From positions 1 to 26,526 of the forward strand of contig JAFRNO010000625.1 of the NCBI GenBank assembly GCA_017430155.1: 26,526 bases of DNA, given 5' to 3'. The stretch's first letter is position 1. Every line of letters begins with the position of its first letter. This document shows, piece by piece, positions 22,735 through 26,526 of this stretch. Under the pieces are notes generated by a model. It saw only the letters and a program-made list of their open reading frames with translations, was not told the DNA's origin and searched no databases. The stretch is from Kiritimatiellia bacterium (GTDB taxonomy: Bacteria > Verrucomicrobiota > Kiritimatiellia > RFP12 > UBA1067). The position numbers and the translations under genes were made by a program.

Positions 22735-23541
22735 TCAAAGCTCGCAGTGCGGCGCGATCCGACGCGTGTAGATCGTATGCGCCTGAAGGATGGCGAGTAG
22801 GGCGAAAATGGCGATCATCATCTCGCTACCTTCTTCAAAACATGTGCAAAACGAGCCAAAAGAGTTATTTACGACCTCTTCCTTACCCAATCCATGGGCA
22901 TGGCGGTACCAGGCCGGAAGGCGATCCATCACCGCCACGACCACGCCCGATCCGCCGAAGAAGCAGACGCTCCAGGCTACGGGATGGAAACGGAAGAAGC
23001 CCTTGAAGAGCGGAACCGCATAATAGGCGAGTAATGCCGCGAAAACGCCAAAGAACGCGCCGAAATAAAACAGAACGCAGAGTTTTGCCGTAAACGGCAC
23101 GGCGCCGTTCGTGAGGAAGCGCATCTTGAACGGCGTACCGGAGAGCGGATCGCCGTTCGGCTTGACGAGCCCATGCACGTTACCGTCCGATCCCACAATC
23201 GAGGGAAAGAGACGTTCCATCGCGATGAGATGCCAGTCCAGCTCCTTGACGATGGCCATGAACGCCACGCAGGAAACGGCCGCGCAGAGAAGCGCGCGAC
23301 GACGACGCGATCCGGTGAATGGGCATTTCCACCACACGAGCGGAATGATCGCCGCATAGAAGGGAATCGTCGCCAGTTCAAAGGTGGAGCGGCCGTCTTG
23401 GCCGAACGAGGCCCCGTCAAACGCGTGCCGCAACGCGGTCGGCTCCATCACGAGCCACGTCACGAGCAGCGCGAGCGCGCACACGATGAAAACGACCGGC
23501 GCCGTGAGGTACGCCTTTTTCGATGAACAGTCAAATGTCAT
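22735..23541 (-). CDS. Multi-pass membrane protein of unknown function (268 aa)
   Basis: About 6 hydrophobic segments. SD GAGAGG upstream. More A/T-ending codons than the flanking genes. Confidence 0.8.
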   Translation of the reverse strand: MTFDCSSKKAYLTAPVVFIVCALALLVTWLVMEPTALRHAFDGASFGQDGRSTFELATIPFYAAIIPLVWWKCPFTGSRRRRALLCAAVSCVAFMAIVKELDWHLIAMERLFPSIVGSDGNVHGLVKPNGDPLSGTPFKMRFLTNGAVPFTAKLCVLFYFGAFFGVFAALLAYYAVPLFKGFFRFHPVAWSVCFFGGSGVVVAVMDRLPAWYRHAHGLGKEEVVNNSFGSFCTCFEEGSEMMIAIFALLAILQAHTIYTRRIAPHCEL

Positions 23542-23588
23542 TGCCTGAGCCTCTCACTTCTTAATTGTTCACAAGTGCCACAAATGGG

Positions 23589-25250
23589 CTATTCGTTGAG
23601 CATGCCCTTGTACGCCACGCGGCGGACCTTCTGGATGGACGTGCGCTCGAGGGGATCCTTCGAGACGACGATCTTCCGCACGCGCTTGTAGTCGGCGAGA
23701 TCGTGGCACTGCGCATGCACGTGCTCCTGCGCGATCTTCTCCGCCTCTTCCCAAGAAACTTCCTTGCCGCCGTTGCGGGCAGCGAGCAGGTCCGTGTCGG
23801 GATGCACCACGCACCCCACCTTCTCACCCGGCACGCCGCCCGTCGTGTAGCCCACCACCACGCAGTCCGCCACCACCGGGTCGGCCGCGATGCGGTTCTC
23901 CACCTCCTCCGGGTAGATGTTCTTCCCCTCGCGGTTCACGATGAGCGCCTTCTTGCGCCCGCGGATCGTGATGAGGCCGTCGTCGGCCACCGAGGCGAGG
24001 TCGCCCGTCTTGAGCCATTCCCCGTCGAAGGCCTCCTTCGTGGCGGCGTCGTTGTGCCAGTAGCCCTTCATCGTGATCGGCCCCTTCACCTGCAGCTCGC
24101 CCACGCCTTGCTCGTTCTGGTCCGCGAGGCGGATCTCGATGTTCGCGATCTTCGCGCCGATCGTGCCGATGCGCGCGCACTTCGGGCCGGCGATGGACAC
24201 CACCGGCGCGCATTCCGTGAGCCCGTACCCCTCGAGCATCGTGATGCCGAGCTTCTTGAAGCCCTCGAGCACGTGCTTCGGACACGGCGCGCCGCCCACG
24301 ATCATGAACCGAATCCGCCCGCCCAGGCCCTTCTTCACCGCGCCGAACACGAGGCAGCCCAAGCCGACCTTCATCAGGAACCGCGCCTTCTTCGACGCCT
24401 TCAGCTTCGCGTCGATCTTGTCGTAGATCTTCTCCGCGAGGAGCGGCACGCCCATCACCACCGTCGGGTGCAGCAGCTTCACGTCCTCCCCGATCGTGTA
24501 GAGCGAGCGCACGAAGAACATCCCCGACCCCGTCAGGAGCGGCACGACGAAGTTCGTGCAGAACGAGAAGGCGTGGAAAAGCGGCAGCACCACGAGGAAC
24601 GTGTCTGCCGGCGTGATCGATTCGTTGAACGCCTCCAGCGCACCCACCGCGTCCGCCGTGAAGTTGCCGTGCGTGAGCATCGCGCCCTTCGGCTTGCCCG
24701 TCGTGCCGGAGGTGTAGATGATCGACGCGACGTCGTCCGCCGCCGCCGCGTGCGCGTCGTACCACGACGTGTCGCGCACGTCCGCGCACAGCGCCGCGAG
24801 GGCCTGCACGGGCACGGACCCGATCGCCTCGTACGCGCCCTCGCCGTCGACGAGGACCACGGCGCGGACGGACGGCAGGTTCGGCACGATCGCCCGCATC
24901 ATGTCGAGATGCGACCGGTCCGTCGTCACCACGACTGCGCCGGAGTCCTGGAGGATGTACGCCACCTCGTCGTTGTGGAGCTTCGGGTCGATCGGCACCA
25001 CCGCCACGCCCGCCCCGCTGCACGCGAGGTAGACCTCCATCCACGTCGGCGAGTTCTGCAGGATCAGCGCCACGTTCTCCTCGCGCGGACGGAGCGCGAA
25101 CGCCGTGCCGTAGGCCGACCCCGTGCGGCGCACGTCGGCGAGAAACGCCGCAAACGTGCGCGACACCCATTCCTTGCCCTCGTAGGAGCGGAGCGCCTCG
25201 GCGTCCGGAATCTCCTGCGCGTGCTGTTCAAGTAACGATCGGATCGTCAT
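23589..25250 (-). CDS. Long-chain acyl-CoA synthetase / AMP-binding protein (553 aa)
   Basis: Motifs YTSGTTGKPKG, YGLTE, WLKTGDL, IRGRKK, IYPEEVE. Start MTIRSLL at 25250 has SD GAGGA; the track start at 25325 overlaps rfbB. Confidence 0.9.
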   Translation of the reverse strand: MTIRSLLEQHAQEIPDAEALRSYEGKEWVSRTFAAFLADVRRTGSAYGTAFALRPREENVALILQNSPTWMEVYLACSGAGVAVVPIDPKLHNDEVAYILQDSGAVVVTTDRSHLDMMRAIVPNLPSVRAVVLVDGEGAYEAIGSVPVQALAALCADVRDTSWYDAHAAAADDVASIIYTSGTTGKPKGAMLTHGNFTADAVGALEAFNESITPADTFLVVLPLFHAFSFCTNFVVPLLTGSGMFFVRSLYTIGEDVKLLHPTVVMGVPLLAEKIYDKIDAKLKASKKARFLMKVGLGCLVFGAVKKGLGGRIRFMIVGGAPCPKHVLEGFKKLGITMLEGYGLTECAPVVSIAGPKCARIGTIGAKIANIEIRLADQNEQGVGELQVKGPITMKGYWHNDAATKEAFDGEWLKTGDLASVADDGLITIRGRKKALIVNREGKNIYPEEVENRIAADPVVADCVVVGYTTGGVPGEKVGCVVHPDTDLLAARNGGKEVSWEEAEKIAQEHVHAQCHDLADYKRVRKIVVSKDPLERTSIQKVRRVAYKGMLNE

Positions 25251-25261
25251 GGCAGAAATCC

Positions 25262-26323
25262 TCACTTTGCGATGCCGAGGCGCTCCCCAGCATACCTTCC
25301 GCGGTGGATCGGCCCCCACCACCATTCGTTGTCAAGATACCACTGCACGGTCTTGCGGATGCCCGTGTCGAACGTCTCGCGCGGCTTCCAGCCCAGCTCG
25401 CCCATCAGCTTCGCCGGGTCGATCGCATAGCGCAGGTCGTGGCCCGGACGGTCCGCGACGAACGTAATCAGGTCCGCATAGGAGCCCGCCGGCCGCGGCT
25501 TCAGCCCGTCCAGGACGCGGCAGACCGTGCGCACCACCTCGAGGTTCGTGCGCTCGTTGTGGCCGCCCACGTTGTACGTCTCGCCCGGCACGCCCCGCTC
25601 GTTCACGAGCCGGAGCGCGGCCACGTGGTCGTCCACGTACAGCCAGTCCCGCACGTTCGCCCCCGTGCCGTACACCGGCAGCGGCTTGCCGTCCAGGCAG
25701 TTCAGGATGATCAGCGGGATGAGCTTCTCGGGGAAATGGTAGGGGCCGTAGTTGTTCGAGCAGTTCGTGATGAGCGTCGGCAGGCCGTACGTGTCGTGCC
25801 ACGCGCGCACGAGATGGTCCGAGGCCGCCTTCGACGCCGAATACGGCGAGTGCGGCGCATAGGGCGTCCGCTCCGTGAAGAAACCCTCCGCGCCGAGCGA
25901 GCCGTACACCTCGTCCGTGGAAATGTGCTGGAAGCGGAACGCGGCCTTTCCCGCGTCGTCCAGCGTGCGCCAGTGGGCGAGCGCCGCCTGGAGGAGCGTG
26001 GCCGTTCCCGTCACGTTCGTGCGGATGAACTCCCCGGGACCGTCGATCGACCGGTCCACGTGCGACTCGGCGGCGAGGTGGAACACCGTATCCGGACGGA
26101 ACTCGGCGAACGCGCGGTCCATCGCGGCCGCGTCGCAGATGTCAGCCTGCAGGAAGGAATAGCGCGGCGAGTCCGAGACCTCCTTCACGCTGTCGAGGTT
26201 GCCCGCGTACGTCAGCTTGTCGACCATCAACACGGTGGCATCCGTGTCGCGGACAAGATGACGCACGAGCGCGGAGCCGATGAAGCCGGCTCCCCCCGTC
26301 ACGATGCAGCGCTTGTTGAACAT
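25262..26323 (-). CDS. rfbB: dTDP-glucose 4,6-dehydratase
   Basis: Motifs [72 protein letters not shown]. Confidence 0.96.
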   Translation of the reverse strand: MFNKRCIVTGGAGFIGSALVRHLVRDTDATVLMVDKLTYAGNLDSVKEVSDSPRYSFLQADICDAAAMDRAFAEFRPDTVFHLAAESHVDRSIDGPGEFIRTNVTGTATLLQAALAHWRTLDDAGKAAFRFQHISTDEVYGSLGAEGFFTERTPYAPHSPYSASKAASDHLVRAWHDTYGLPTLITNCSNNYGPYHFPEKLIPLIILNCLDGKPLPVYGTGANVRDWLYVDDHVAALRLVNERGVPGETYNVGGHNERTNLEVVRTVCRVLDGLKPRPAGSYADLITFVADRPGHDLRYAIDPAKLMGELGWKPRETFDTGIRKTVQWYLDNEWWWGPIHRGRYAGERLGIAK

Positions 26324-26357
26324 GTTCTGTCAATCCTCTTGGCAGTTTCGGACCGAT

Positions 26358-26386
26358 ATGATACCACGATTCAGCCGCTTTATCAA
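26358..26386 (-). promoter_or_regulatory. Sigma70-type promoter for rfbB
   Basis: TTGATA-17 nt-TATCAT with an extended -10 TG. Confidence 0.6.
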
Positions 26387-26526
26387 TCCCCTATCGGCGG
26401 ACCGATCCATTTCAGCGGGTCCCGGACGAGGTCCATCGCCTTGCCCTGGCCGCGGGCCACCAGGACGCGGGCCCCGAGCGCCGCGCACGCCCGCTCGATC
26501 TCGGCGGCGTCCATGGAGAGCGCCGC
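26383..26526 (-). CDS. C-terminal fragment of an unidentified protein
   Basis: Open frame AALSMDAAEIERACAALGARVLVARGQGKAMDLVRDPLKWIGPPIGD* with host-like GC3 codons. Confidence 0.65.
   Translation of the reverse strand, partial: AALSMDAAEIERACAALGARVLVARGQGKAMDLVRDPLKWIGPPIGD

Overview
High-GC window in which every supportable gene lies on the minus strand. The Verrucomicrobia-type RpoZ and the style of the secreted proteins suggest a PVC-superphylum organism, most likely Kiritimatiellae; this is inference, not a database result. In transcription order (right to left) the window holds: a partial CDS; rfbB; a long-chain acyl-CoA ligase; a membrane protein; a 228-bp intergenic region with a candidate ~92-nt sRNA; a zinc-ribbon/TM2 protein; coupled rpoZ-smpB-D-aminoacylase; a separately promoted cluster of a C10 (streptopain-like) protease, a coiled-coil lipoprotein and a 4073-aa secreted protein; coupled ackA-pta-kdsD; and the start of a secreted protein. 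Most notable are (1) the protease-lipoprotein-giant protein operon, whose two large proteins share a C-terminal [KR]F[FY]KxV motif, (2) GGAG-footed REP-like hairpins found both between genes and in frame inside kdsD and the D-aminoacylase, and (3) the candidate sRNA with a T-loop hairpin resembling the tmRNA 3' end and an anti-start-codon region. No transposase, integrase, CRISPR array, rRNA or intact tRNA was seen. All domain calls come from motif recognition by eye.
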